This document shows, piece after piece, positions 18,716-31,056 of a DNA stretch of 64,000 nt. The notes beneath the pieces were generated by a model, which saw nothing but the letters and a program-made list of their open reading frames with translations, searched no databases and was not told the origin of the DNA. Position 1 is the stretch's first letter; each line of letters opens with the position of its first letter. The translations under genes were made by a program, and so were the position numbers. Source of the stretch: Craspedostauros australis (lineage: Eukaryota); assembly GCA_030167865.1 (NCBI GenBank), contig JALAGF010005657.1, positions 1 to 64,000 on the forward strand, given 5' to 3'.

Positions 18716-20401
18716 CTACTCCTGAGCCGCCTTGTACAGCTCCAGTCCCTTCCTCCAGTCCGCCTCCTTCAAGCCAGCTGGCGTGCGATGAGTGACGACA
18801 GATTTGCCGCTCGACTCCTCCTTGCATCCACGTGCGACCATGCCGCAATGATCACCCCAATTGCTGTTGCATCGACAAGGAAGTTGAGGAGGCGACGATC
18901 GTAAGCAATCCATCACATGCGCAGGCAGAGGAAATGAATGGGTGAGCGTCACCCACAACTGCCTTCGACATCGCGAAACAAACAACATATCTCCTACTGC
19001 GGTCGGCGTCATGTACGCCCATCATGCCCACACCATTCCAACCACTCATTCAGTCGGAATGCCAACCGACTATCTTTCTTTGAGGATAAGGCAGCTTCCT
19101 CACACACACATCGTCAATGTCACATCCAAACATGCATTGCTGGACGTACCAATCGTCAAAGAAGAGCATCTTGTCGTAGGGGATTTGTGTGATTTCCCGA
19201 ATCCTTGGAAAGTGAGTTGCGGCCTTGTTGCTGTGCCGAAGCAAACAATTGAAATGAAATGAACAGCCAGACGATCAGGATCCAGAATGAGACAAAGAAG
19301 AGGTGTCAGCAATTCACGGAACGATTGGTCCAGGCCTGTTAACATGTTTCAACTCGATCCACACACGCGGCTCGAATTGTACTCTCGACCTACCTGCTCA
19401 ATGGAGGCTGCCGTCCGATCTGATTGACATCCTGGCCATCCCAATCTCGCATCACCAAATCCCAAACCGTCATGCCAGGAACGACTTCCAGCAACTTCAA
19501 GGTCGCCCTCCCCACCTTCTCTGCAAAAGGCGTATCGGCAGAGCTCGCGAAGCAAACCTTCATCCCGGGATACTTGTTCTCAGCATGCTCCTGCAACGCG
19601 GCCAGCGATCCTTGGTGCAGCGATATCTTGTCGTGCCCTGAATACGCGCCGGTGACTCCTTCTCCCTTGCCTGCGACGAGCACGGACGAGCAGCAGTTTT
19701 CGACAAAGCGCGCATTGGTAAGAGCCATGATAATATCATCTTTGAGTATGTACGCCACTTGGCAAAGCAAGCATGTGACATTGATGAACACGAAGCAAGC
19801 GACGCATCGTCATTTACAACAGTGCAATACAACATGATGCAATGCAATGCAAAGCACCACTGGCCACGTAAGTCGACCATCTCATGATGCCATACTCCTT
19901 GATTGTTTCACGGACACGCACCATTCAAATCGCCTGTCGTGGTCTTCCCTGGCAAGGCCGACATCTCATACATTTCTTGATCCCACAGACAAGCGTCAAG
20001 GTCGAACACCACGAGTTGCGGGTAGTCCAATCCGACCTGAGCGAATGGCAAGTGATGGAAAGATGATCATGAGGGGGAGACAGCAAGTCGATGCGTGTGA
20101 AGTTGATGCGTGTGAGATTGATAGAAAGGTGACTAACTCTCGTCCAATTCTCAGCAGGAATGCACACATCCCTGAATGCCGTGCCATCTCACGAATTCCA
20201 CGTTGAACTCACCCGCGATGCATCGACCGTAGACGACGACGATGAAGACATGCTGCGCTGCGTGCTGGTTTGCCTTGAACTGCCAATAGGCGATGTTGTA
20301 CAAGCCGAACACGTTGAAGGTTGGGGACGAACCACGCACTGTCGTCCAAGCAAGGTCGAAGCAAATGTGAATGTCGACTTGATGAATGTCGTTGTTCGCA
20401 T
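18716..20401 (-). CDS. MDP1: Magnesium-dependent phosphatase 1 (HAD subfamily IIIC), 5 exons, possible organellar transit peptide
   Basis: Spliced reading: MRTTTFIKST…DASR / VGLDYPQLVVFDLDACLWDQEM… / …FASSADTP… / NKAATHFPRI…MLFFDD / CNWGDHC…HRTPAGL…QE*. GT-AG junctions seen (GTGAGT, GTGCGT, GTAGGT, GTACGT donors). Confidence 0.85.
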
Positions 20402-21549
20402 GATGGACCTCCAATCACAAGACTTGTGTTGCCAAATCAATGGTCGTGTTGTGATTTCTTGGTGTAGATCGTTGCGCCGTCTCGTTGCGTCGCCTCGTTG
20501 TTGAGAGTACTGAGCTGCGCGTGGGACGGTGATCATCGTGATGTGTTTCCGTATCTTTTCTGCCGATCTCCAGCCATCATTAAACCTTTGCAATACTAAG
20601 TTGTCTAACATAAGCTAAATATGTCGTAGTGTTTCTCCTTGAAATGGCGTGAATTTGATAGTGATTTCACAAAGACCTACGCACGAGCTGTGTTCGGATA
20701 GCACATGTCACGCCTGTCCATTGTCCGATTTGAGACTATAATAGTCCTCATTGTAAGTCCCGTTTCGGACCAACCTTCAACCGTTTGTTGGGATCTGAGG
20801 CAATATAAACTTAATATCAACAAATACAAGACAAACACAAACGTACTGGGACAGACTGTTTATGAGCTTTCCAAATGAATGGAAAAGATGTCAACGACAT
20901 CGAATCACGCCCAATGCATTACCATTCCAACGACATTCGCACCAGTGAGAATGGATGAAGGCAATTGCTTTCTCGTTGTTCGCGGTTTCGTGATCGGTTG
21001 GAGTTGTTGATGTGTGTATTAAGCCTTGATTTAACCGAACTTAAGTCACGCATCAAGCCAATGAGGATCGTTTGACTCATGCGATCATATTCAAGTCCAT
21101 ATATAATTCCACCAAATAGGTTCTTCGCGTGTCCTTGAAAGTTAAGTGAATGGTCCAACATGTTTGCATTCATCACTGGTCCGTTTATCTTCGCCAAACG
21201 GAACCGATCTGCCGCCAAAACATCCAAGAGGCACACATCGAAAAGAACCGCGTGGTGATGAACACACTTGTGTCACCAAGAACGACACGAACAGCATCAA
21301 CCGCCCATGGACAACATCAAGAACAACAACATCAACAACACTCTCTCTGTCCAATCTCTGTTTCAAATGCATCGTCTCCACATCCTCGCTTGACGCGTCG
21401 ATCTCGTAGTTGTAGGCAAGAGGAACTTTCTGTCACTTGATGTGGACGAAGCCATCGTCGACACGTGAGAAAAGAGGACAACAACGAAGACCACAACGAA
21501 GACAGACACACATCTTCAAGCACAGGTGTGGCGCCAAGTTGTTCACCTT

Positions 21550-21600
21550 CGACCCAACTCGACCCAACCCAGCTCAACTCGACCCAACTCGATCCAACCC
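21550..21600 (+). repeat. Degenerate 10-bp tandem repeat (GACCCAACTC-like) x5
   Basis: gacccaactc gacccaaccc agctcaactc gacccaactc gatccaaccc. Confidence 0.75.
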
Positions 21601-21679
21601 AAGCGAGCGGTGCTGGTCATCATCACAAACAGAGAGACGACCCTCTTCATCGTGAACGTCACGCTCCTCCAAACATTCC

Positions 21680-24600
21680 GTGCATTCAACAAGAAGCAGC
21701 AGGAGCATGGACCGCTTTTCGTGCTTTGAAACGCCCAGGTGCCACCTGACCTTCCAGGACACCAGCAGGAGCGAAGCCGGGCAGCCGCCTCTCCGCTTGT
21801 CATGCAACCGCACGGGGGAGCTCTTCTGGACGAAGAACCGCATGGCTTGGGAGGAATGGTACATCTTGACGGTGGAGACGGCATCTTCTGTGGAACGATC
21901 CTCCAAGTTTCTGAAAGCAGGAGCGAGAGACGCAACAAGTCAAAGTGCCTCCACCAGTTCGCCTGCGACTCCGACCGAGCGGCAGCAATCACATCGCCCG
22001 CCATTCAGCAACGTCGCGGGAGGAGGCACGCCGCATCCTGCAGAATTCACATCGCCGAACCGTGCCCTACCCTCCAGAGCACAATCAGCGACGACGATAC
22101 CGGACCCAGTCATGTTGAGATCGCCGCTGAAACGTCAGACCTTGTCAGACTCCTACATGTCACCGACGGGACGCTCAGGGTCATCCCGATACCTATCCGC
22201 TTCACCAAAGCACAAGGCGCTGTCGCATCGATCCAATCAGTCCATGGGGTCGCCTCTGGGATCCGTTCCCTCCCCAATTCGAATGCCCCTGTTGGATTCG
22301 ACGTCCGCCACACCCTTCAAGTCTCCTCCATTCGCAGGCAGCGCTTCGCGACGTCCCGCCTCCGGCATGTCAACAAACCAAGCCAGCGGAGGCATCACGC
22401 AAAGGCGTGTGATGCTGCAATCTGTGCAGCATGGCTTCGTCCTCGTGTCGTTCCCGGATGGTTCGGTACAAGTCATCAAGCCATGCCACCGGTCACAACA
22501 TACCAACAACAACAATAACAACAGCAACAGTGATGCGGCATCGGCTGCTTTGTCATGGTTTTCGTCATCGTTGCTATCTCCAAAATCAAAGCAAAAGGCA
22601 ACAATCCAAGACGATCAACGCGAAGCGCAGCTGGATGGAGCAGGCGAGGACAGCACTTCGCTCTCCGAAGACAAATGGAGGGAGCTTGAAACAGGGGGGT
22701 ATCATCATTGGGACATGGAATTCGACCCATCGGGTCAGGTTGTCTTCTCGGCGCCTGCACATGGGGGTCGGAGGCTGCGGGTATCCAACGTCGACGAGCA
22801 ACTCCTCCAACAACAGCAACGCCTCCAGAAGGACCTCTGGAACAAGCTGCACGATGTGACCAGTTTCCACCGTTCGAACAACACCAGTCTTGCCAAAAAC
22901 GAGGAGCTGGAAACGCCTGGCACCAGAGAAGAAGCCAGGGATGCGAACACGAACACGAGCAATGACCCAACTGACAACAAAGATGAGGCTTCCACGAACG
23001 GCACTGAAAATGACACCGGCAGGACGAATGATGAGAACGCGGCGCGCTTGCCCAGCAGCGGAGTCGACAACCTCGTCCCCATGCTCTCCACCGTGGAACA
23101 CGAAGATGTGGACCCCGAAGACGACCACTGGTGGCAGCTTGAGTGGCTCTCCGGCGAGCTCTGCTCCATCTCGCACACCCACCTGGGATGCCGCATTCAG
23201 TGCGATCCATTGGGAGGACTGCACATCCCCACCAGCCATGATGATCGTCACCAACCTGCGAGGAACAGCTTCTTCAAATCGGCGCGAGGACAGCACCATC
23301 ATCGATCGCAGCAACACAAGCCTGATGGGTGGCAGATCTTCAGATTCATTCCGCTTCCATTCGCACAAGCGCGCAGCGGCGCTGCCCTCCTCCAGACTTC
23401 GGGAAGCATGGATGAAGACGATGAACCGACGGCGAACGGCCCGCAGTACATGATCACATCGTGGACGCACCACGACAAGTATCTGACATGCGATCCCGAT
23501 GGGCACGTCTACACAACAGACTTCTGCAATGCGTCGAACAACGCATGCCAGCGTTGGATCGTGCAGCCGACGCACGACAACGATGGCGTGCTGATCGAAT
23601 CGGTGTCGCATGGTCGGTTGCTGTCCATACAGCGCCAATCCATCTTCTCCTCTCTCCTCCGGCAATCCCCATCAAAGGGTAAGGTCCAGCAACAGCCAAA
23701 CAAGAAATCCTTCTCCATGTCACCAACTCCAACGAAACGGCAAAGCGGCGGCACGATGGTTGCCGATGCCACGGTCACGAAATCGCCAATGCAGCCGTCG
23801 TTCGCGCCAACAATCATGCCATCGTTGCAATCAAAAAGTGCAACAAAGACCAATGGCGACGACGAAAGCAACGATCAGAGTCAACGGCATGGTGATGAAG
23901 AGCTTGTCGATGCAGACCTGTCTGCGAGATGCCACGAAGACAACGACGACGGCCACGACTTGGGACGAGATGAACACGATGAATCATTCCCAGTGTCGCC
24001 CCAAACCATGGAACCATCGTTGTCCTCATCTTCGTCATCATCGACTACTACAGCGTCATCTTCGTCGGTGGCATCACAAAAGGATTCCCATGGCATGGCA
24101 GCATTCGGGAAACGGCTGGTGCTCTCCACATTGCCGAGGGACGAATTTGCAGAGCACGACGAAAGTTGCAAGTGGGACATCAAACCAGGCCACTGCCACA
24201 CGTACTACCTATCGTGCCAGCAAACGCGCCTGCAGCTGGCGAGCGACTCTCGTGGCAACGTCAAATCGACGAAGAACTTCAAATCATGGGAGCAATGGAC
24301 GATCAGCGCGGTCGAATGTCCAGATGACGAGACGAACGTCACAGACGCAAGACCCGTCAGCACGGTGACTTTACAATCCGCACAGCACGGCACCTACTTG
24401 GGCGCCACCCAATCGGGGAAACTGACGACGACACGCCAGATTGGCCCTTGGTCGTTTTGGGAGTTGCGAGAATCCGGAGGAGGCGCCATGGAGTTCGTCT
24501 GCACGAGCAACGGCAGGGTCTTGGTCTGCAGCAACGATGGCGGACTATCCACTCGAAGTGTCTCGCATCACGACACCTTTGAGGATGATGACGGTGACGA

Positions 24601-24985
24601 CAGCGGCAACGGCAGCGGCGACAACTGTGACCACAGCGAGTGGAACATACTTCCCTGCTTGCCGGGATCGCTCAATGGCTCACAGATGGCCGCCATGGCA
24701 GCCGCGGGTGCGGCAGGTGTCACCCTCTCTGTTTGCATGCCTTTGGCAATCCTGGGAATCGCGGAAGCCTTGACAGCCGCAGAGATTGCTGCCGCCGGCG
24801 TCATATCAACGGAAGCACTGGCAGCCGCTGCAGGAGGAGGAGCGCTTGCGGGAGCAGGCATGTTCACCGGGGCGAACATTTCCATCCACCGCCATCAACA
24901 GAGTCGCATCCAAAAGCAAACGCGCGGCATGTCGAATCCATCTTTGTCCAACTGCAAGCCTGTCTCCATGTGGAGATCGTGGTGA
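21680..24985 (+). CDS. Fascin-like/actin-crosslinking beta-trefoil repeat protein with long disordered insertions and a hydrophobic Ala/Gly-rich C-terminus; true start uncertain
   Basis: Repeated strands such as LQSVQHGFVL, ITSWTHHDKYLTCDPDG, IESVSHGRLLS, LASDSRGNVKSTKNFKSWEQWTI and LQSAQHGTYLGA; 1101-codon ORF. Confidence 0.7.
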   Translation: MHSTRSSRSMDRFSCFETPRCHLTFQDTSRSEAGQPPLRLSCNRTGELFWTKNRMAWEEWYILTVETASSVERSSKFLKAGARDATSQSASTSSPATPTERQQSHRPPFSNVAGGGTPHPAEFTSPNRALPSRAQSATTIPDPVMLRSPLKRQTLSDSYMSPTGRSGSSRYLSASPKHKALSHRSNQSMGSPLGSVPSPIRMPLLDSTSATPFKSPPFAGSASRRPASGMSTNQASGGITQRRVMLQSVQHGFVLVSFPDGSVQVIKPCHRSQHTNNNNNNSNSDAASAALSWFSSSLLSPKSKQKATIQDDQREAQLDGAGEDSTSLSEDKWRELETGGYHHWDMEFDPSGQVVFSAPAHGGRRLRVSNVDEQLLQQQQRLQKDLWNKLHDVTSFHRSNNTSLAKNEELETPGTREEARDANTNTSNDPTDNKDEASTNGTENDTGRTNDENAARLPSSGVDNLVPMLSTVEHEDVDPEDDHWWQLEWLSGELCSISHTHLGCRIQCDPLGGLHIPTSHDDRHQPARNSFFKSARGQHHHRSQQHKPDGWQIFRFIPLPFAQARSGAALLQTSGSMDEDDEPTANGPQYMITSWTHHDKYLTCDPDGHVYTTDFCNASNNACQRWIVQPTHDNDGVLIESVSHGRLLSIQRQSIFSSLLRQSPSKGKVQQQPNKKSFSMSPTPTKRQSGGTMVADATVTKSPMQPSFAPTIMPSLQSKSATKTNGDDESNDQSQRHGDEELVDADLSARCHEDNDDGHDLGRDEHDESFPVSPQTMEPSLSSSSSSSTTTASSSSVASQKDSHGMAAFGKRLVLSTLPRDEFAEHDESCKWDIKPGHCHTYYLSCQQTRLQLASDSRGNVKSTKNFKSWEQWTISAVECPDDETNVTDARPVSTVTLQSAQHGTYLGATQSGKLTTTRQIGPWSFWELRESGGGAMEFVCTSNGRVLVCSNDGGLSTRSVSHHDTFEDDDGDDSGNGSGDNCDHSEWNILPCLPGSLNGSQMAAMAAAGAAGVTLSVCMPLAILGIAEALTAAEIAAAGVISTEALAAAAGGGALAGAGMFTGANISIHRHQQSRIQKQTRGMSNPSLSNCKPVSMWRSW

Positions 24986-25282
24986 GGGGCAGCATTACTT
25001 TCTCTCTCTCTCAAGATTCATCGCAAATAGGATGAGTCAAACGGCGAACAACCAGAGACCATACCATACAAGAGTACGAGTCATACTGATACTCATACAT
25101 CTGCCAAGGTTATTGGCGGAATCAATAGAGAGCCACATTACATTTCTCAGAGACTTCGAGGCAACTGTCCTCCATTGGCATTGTCTGGGATCAACGTGTT
25201 GACGCTAACGCAAGCGTAATCCTTGAGTGGGTCTACCTGCCTGCCGACCTGCGCGCTCACTGCCCGCGTTGTCTTTCGGCAT

Positions 25283-28200
25283 TCAACGACGTCGAAATCT
25301 TGGACTTGCATGCGGATCAATCAGCTGTCGGTGGTTCTGACCGAAGCTGAACAGCGGGATCATCCTGTTGCCGCTTGCTTCCGGTGGTCCACACAGTGAC
25401 TGCGGGATGATGTTGCGGAACACGTGATCGCAAGAAATCATAGACCGCGTCAGCCTCGCCGCTTTCGATCCGCACAAACGGCGTCGGTCCTCGAGCTTGG
25501 CATTGTCAATGATGTACTGTAGTATGGACTTGCCATTCCCGGAATTGCCCCGGCTTGGCTTCAGCACCCTGCAGAGCGCATCGAAGCACGCCCGAAAGAC
25601 CAGCACGCAGTTTTCGATCTTGAAGCATCCGCTCATGTCTCCAGAAATGCCGTCCTTCGTCTTGAAGATCTTCATGCGGTCGAGCCTGCTGGAAGCTGCC
25701 CGAGGCATGTTGGCATGGTGCACAGAATTGCTGTAGCGGAACAAGAAACTGAGGAGCACGTCCCCTGGACGGTCCTTCCCTCCATGCGCCAGATGGCGCT
25801 CCAGCTGTGGAAACAGAAACGAGGCAATATCCAACACAGAGCGTGTCGTCCATGGCAACGAAATCCCATTCTCATTAGTACGAGCAAGACGTTCGCATAA
25901 AATCGGTCCATCATATGCGCAGAGTCTCGAGTATGCACATGCACCTGCTTGTGCGCACCGACACAGACTGCCCCTCCTTCAATCTTCAATTCCCCTGAGT
26001 CCCATCCCTTTCTGTTTTGATGGGCGACACGCATGAGTTGTGTCCGCCAGTACCGATATCGGCATCAGTACCCTGCCTCTTGGCTACTAATACATGGGCA
26101 TGTTGTGTTTGACGCCATCGCCTCACTGAGTCATCCACAGATCCCGCCGCCGTATTATTCGATTCCAACTTACATGATAGGCAACCAGCACATAAAGGCG
26201 AAAGCTTCCCATGCCACCGGTGAACGGCTTGTCAAGATCATGCTGCGCAAGCAACATTTTGAGCAGCAGCACCACAGGCGCAAAGCTCTTGAATCGCTTC
26301 GTGTGCGTGCTGGCGTATGCACTCGTGTCAATACCCTGGTGACCGCCAATGGCGATATCGCATTCAAATCCCAAGCTGCAGGTCATGTTGACGATGGGAA
26401 CACGGGCATGCTTGCGAACATGAAGGTTCTCGGCCATTGGCAGCTTCCGCAGCTTCCTCCCCAGTCCGTTCAATGCGCGGACGACCTTCACCCTGGTCTC
26501 ACCCGTTGGTCCGACGACTGCTGCAGCAGCGGGAGTGGCGGCCTTGCTGTTGTTATCGTTGCCGCCGTTCGATCTGCCAAGCGCTGACGGGTTCGTGACG
26601 AAGGAGACCTGGATGTCGGACTCATCGATGTCGTCGTCATCGACTGCTGATGCGTCAGAATCTGCTGTGGTTGAGGAGCACAGGCTGATGGATAGTTTGC
26701 GCTTCGTCCCGCTGGGAGGAGTGCGCGCGGATGCAGCAGACGCCATTGGGCTGCTATCAGCATTGACATTCCTGCTAGTACCACCATGGCCTGCCTCGCT
26801 GCGCATGCTCTCGTCGGCGTCTGGAAGGCGCGCTGCGATCTGTTGAAGGTCGACATCATCGTTGTCGTCGTCATTGTCGACGGATTCAAATTGCTCCAAC
26901 GAAGCCATGCGATCCTTCTCATTCAGCCCCTCCAGCTGATCTGCGGTGTCTTGGCTACTGATCGAAATCACCTCCTGTTGTTCGTGTTGTTGGTCATCTT
27001 GTTGATCATCTTGTTGTTGCTGCTTACCTTCGCTGCCGTCCCCAGAAGCGTCGCCCTGATCGTCTGCGCCATCTGGCAGATTCTCTGGCTTGCCGTCATC
27101 GTCAGAGCTGTTGGTTACAACGTCGAGATCCTTCGATTCATCGGCGGTGCGATCAATGACAAAGAAGCCAATTCCAGTTTCGGTATCATCTTGTTCATCG
27201 CAATCATCCTTCTTCTCTTTCCCTTGCTCATCACCATCATGATCGTCATCAACAGATAGATCAATGACGTCGGAAACTGAAGAGCGTTTATCCGACGATT
27301 CGGATGGTGGTTCCACAACGGGATCGGCAAGTGCTGCCTTCCATTTCTGAACCTTTTCCTGCTTGCGACGCTTGGCGCTGCCTTGATCGCCACAGTCGGC
27401 GGAGGCTTCTGGTTGCCTCTCCGCATCGCCTCCACAACTCTGCGTGTTGGTGTCATCCATAACGGCGCTCGCCTTGGCTTGATTCTTCTCCTGTTGCGCG
27501 ATGGCTCGTGCAAGGCTGTTGTCGTTCGGGTCAGGGTTGCGATGATCCGGCGGGACGACGCCGAATATGGCCATATCGACGTCGCTTTCGAAGGTGCAGA
27601 CATCTTGCGTTGCAAAGGAGCCGAAGATGCGGCATTCCACCGGCTCGGACAGGCGTGGGCCGGATGACGACCACATTGCCTGGCAGAAGCGCTCCGTGTG
27701 TCCAATGACCACCTCGCGCGCCTTCGTTTCGTCGTCAGATAACTTGACGTATTCAGCGAAGTGCAGCAGCTCGAGATGCAGCGCATCCATGGCTTTGGGG
27801 CAGATGGGCAGATCGTGATGATCCTGGCCAAGATCGGATGGGAAGAGGGAGTATGATTTGGATTCTGGCGAGTTTTTGACGTCCTGGACAGCAGAGTCGT
27901 CCAACGATAACGATAACGACAACGACAACGATGACCGCCTTGATCGTGATGATCGCTTTGCTGATTTGGATGATTTGGACATCCAGGCGACGGAGGCCGA
28001 TGATCTGGTCACCATCGGCATGACGAGCTTGAACTTCCTGGTCGAATTGTTCTTCTTCGGAAGTGCTGCGGCAGCCGCCTTCGACAAAGGGCTGTTGCGG
28101 CGGTGGCCAAACTTGACCGATGACTTCTTCTTTGCAGCGAAGGGCTTCTCGTGCCGGTTGTTCCTGGCCTTGTACCTCCCACCGATGCTGCTTTGGCTTG

Positions 28201-28669
28201 GGAGGCGATTCAAGGAGGGAAAGCCAAAGAAGTTATCGCCAGAGTCAGGGTTGGGTCCTTTGCGCTTGACGATCTTTCCAAAAACGCTGCCAACGCCACC
28301 GTTGTTGATGCCCCCGCCGCTACTTTTCGCTTTGCTGGAACGACCGGATGGTGCTTTCTTCTCGTTGCTCAATGGCTTTCCTTTCCCCCTGCCTTCAGCT
28401 TTGCTTCTTCCACCGAACTTGCCCGGCTTGGCGTTGGGTGGACTCGAAGCAGCTTTGAGATTGGTGTGGTTGGTTGCGGACAGTTGCCTGTTGCCATACT
28501 GCTTCAGCTCCTGGCTTTTCCTGCCCTTGGACTTGGGCGCTGCCTTTGCTTTTGATTTCGACTTGGAGCTTGCGTTGGCTACCTTCTGCTTGTGCTTTTG
28601 CTTGTGCGACTTTGGCCCATCTCCTTCCACGCCGAAACTTCCAGATCGTCTCTTCCCGTTTCTGCCCAT
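25283..28669 (-). CDS. Non-canonical poly(A) polymerase of the Trf4/PAPD5-7 (TENT4) family, 2 exons (intron ~26173-25805)
   Basis: FGSFAT…ESDVDMAI nucleotidyltransferase motif, ARVPIVN, ECDIAIG and LKMLLAQHDLDKPFTGGMGSF. Donor CAT|GTAAGT and acceptor TTCCACAG|CTG keep the frame into …GDVLLSFLFRY. Confidence 0.88.
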
Positions 28670-29557
28670 CTTGCGATCGTGACCTCACACTTGACGCTTG
28701 CACTCGTATTACTTGCTCTTGCTGTTGCTCTGGTGCAACGCTGTCCGTCAGAAGAACTTGATGTTGAAGGTGCGCTTCCAATTGCGACAGATTTGTGTGC
28801 GAGAAGTAAGTCCTTGCTGATGTTGGTGTTGATGTTGGTGTTGATGCGAGGACTGATGTTGGCACGTATGGAGCGCGACCGAATCTTCGAGCTCGACAAA
28901 TGATGTGGTGGCAGGGGACCCTACGCGAGCCGTCTAATGCAACCTCACCCAAGCACACGCAAACTCAAGGATTGCGACGCCTCCCTCCTCTGCTCGTATC
29001 TTGATTCAAGGGAAGGTATTGCTGTGCTCTTGTGGAGAATCAGCAAATAGGCCACCAATACTATACGGCCTACTATGCGTAGTCTGCGCTGCAAAGTGTA
29101 CGATTTCCATCAACGAGCAGCAGCGACGAGAGCACAGAGATCAGCATGGAGGATTGGCACCACGCGTCGTTGGATGGAGATGCTCACGCGGGCAAAAGAG
29201 AAAGAACGAAAAGTTTGTGGTGGCAATTTTGTGCGTTTCCGCACATTCCTTCTTTCGTTCTTCATTCTCACACAGGATGGGCGAACAGACGGCGAAACCT
29301 GCGATCCATTGTGGTCGTATCAGTCGATAGAAATGACCGATTCAACGGACCTGGCGAACCATCGTCGCAATTTGCACGCAAAGAATCTCTTGTGTGGCAG
29401 GCATCAAGCGCCACCACAAAATGGAACGCAATCCAATCCGAACGGAGCGAGACCTCTCACAACACAATTGGCACAAGATCCCTCGCAGGCTCCGGATGGT
29501 GTCCGCCGTGCGTTGCAAGAGACCAGTAACAACTATTCTACAAAGACAATTGCATCA

Positions 29558-30640
29558 ATGGTGAAACTTGGCTTCACGCTTAGCGTGCTGCTTTGCTCAC
29601 TGCTTTGGCAGTCGCAAGCTGAAGCGTTCGGCCTGCGTCCTTCGATTTCGACAGCAGCGGAAGTGCGAACACAGGCTTGCTGCCAGCACCGAGACGAAGC
29701 AAGGACCGCAAGATGTACTGGTGGCCGCCTGGTGCACCCCAGCACGCAGCTGAGGGCGCTTCTTGAGGATGGTCCACCGAACGACGATGGCAACGGCAGC
29801 GATGACGACTTCATGGCGTCCTTGCAAAGCCGGATGAATCAGTTCACGGAACGCTCCCAAACTCTGCCTCTGGTGGTGCTGGACGCCATGCTGCCCCGCC
29901 AGGTCTTCAAGCTCAAGGTCAACAATCCGTTCTTCATGGAGCTGGTGCGCACTCGATGGGAGCAGGAAACGCCGACCTTCGGCATGACCGGAATCGCGCG
30001 ATTAAGCGATGGTCGGCAGGTGCATCTTCGAACCGGCGTCATCGTCGAGATCATGGAACCACCCAAGTTGGATGGTGCCGGCGCTTCCACCTCGTCGTCA
30101 GGTTCGCCAACATATACGGCAGATGATGGCAGCGACGGAGAGAGCGAGCTGCTGATATCCTTGAGAGGCACCAGACGATTCCGCATCGAAAAGGATGTGG
30201 TCACGGCGGAGCAAGGCTGGACCGAGGCCAAGGTCCAAATATTCGATGACGAATTCAACGGCGACGAAGATGACGACGACACGACCGTCACCTCCGCCAA
30301 GCAGAAGGCGCAGCAACTGACGGCGCCCAACCTCAGCATGCCGGAACAGAAATCCCTCGTCGATAGATGGATCCAGCTGGCACGAGAACGCGAGCGGCAG
30401 GACGGACAGATCGACCAGCTATTGGTGGATCTTGGCGACATGCCATCACCGTCCAAGTCGCCGACCGACTGCGCCTTCTGGATCGGAGCCTTGGTTAACC
30501 CGCTGCCGGCCATGGGGGTTGCGCTGGAGATTCGGCCCAAGCTGCTGCTAGCAAACAATGCCGAAGAGCGTGTGGATATCGCCTTGGACGGCATCCTGAA
30601 ATCCATAAAGCACATGGATGGCTCCGAGCCGCTGTGGTAG
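29558..30640 (+). CDS. LON peptidase N-terminal (substrate-binding) domain protein, predicted plastid-targeted
   Basis: Signal peptide ending in AEA-F (diatom ASAFAP-type motif); LPLVVLDAMLPRQ, FGMTG, GTRRFRI; C-terminal EIRPKLL…EERV. The upstream part of the listed ORF is probably non-coding. Confidence 0.8.
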   Translation: MVKLGFTLSVLLCSLLWQSQAEAFGLRPSISTAAEVRTQACCQHRDEARTARCTGGRLVHPSTQLRALLEDGPPNDDGNGSDDDFMASLQSRMNQFTERSQTLPLVVLDAMLPRQVFKLKVNNPFFMELVRTRWEQETPTFGMTGIARLSDGRQVHLRTGVIVEIMEPPKLDGAGASTSSSGSPTYTADDGSDGESELLISLRGTRRFRIEKDVVTAEQGWTEAKVQIFDDEFNGDEDDDDTTVTSAKQKAQQLTAPNLSMPEQKSLVDRWIQLARERERQDGQIDQLLVDLGDMPSPSKSPTDCAFWIGALVNPLPAMGVALEIRPKLLLANNAEERVDIALDGILKSIKHMDGSEPLW

Positions 30641-31056
30641 AGTTCAGGACATGAGAAGCATCGATCCATCGTGTGGATCATACAATGATATAATAGTACT
30701 CTGCAGGCTCCACCAAAGACTGCCAACGTTGGACCTGTCTCGTGCGTCCCTGAAAAGGCATCGAATGATTGAATGAATGAATCGCTGCGAGGACTGAGAT
30801 GGAGGGGTCTAACGCAATGTTCATATAATAGGATACTATTATACGCTACTACTTTCATTGTGCCGTAGTCGCATCATAGAACAGCATATGCCGAGTTAGA
30901 CCTCGCCTCGTTCCGTACTTCTTTTGTGGTCAACCCATTCGAGCAGACCAAGTTCTTCTCTTCTCTTGTGTCGCGCATGTGTGACTTGCACGTGTCTCGG
31001 ATGCGCATACGTGCGTTCGTCCACCAGTTCTCCCAAAAGGCACACGAAGACAGAAA

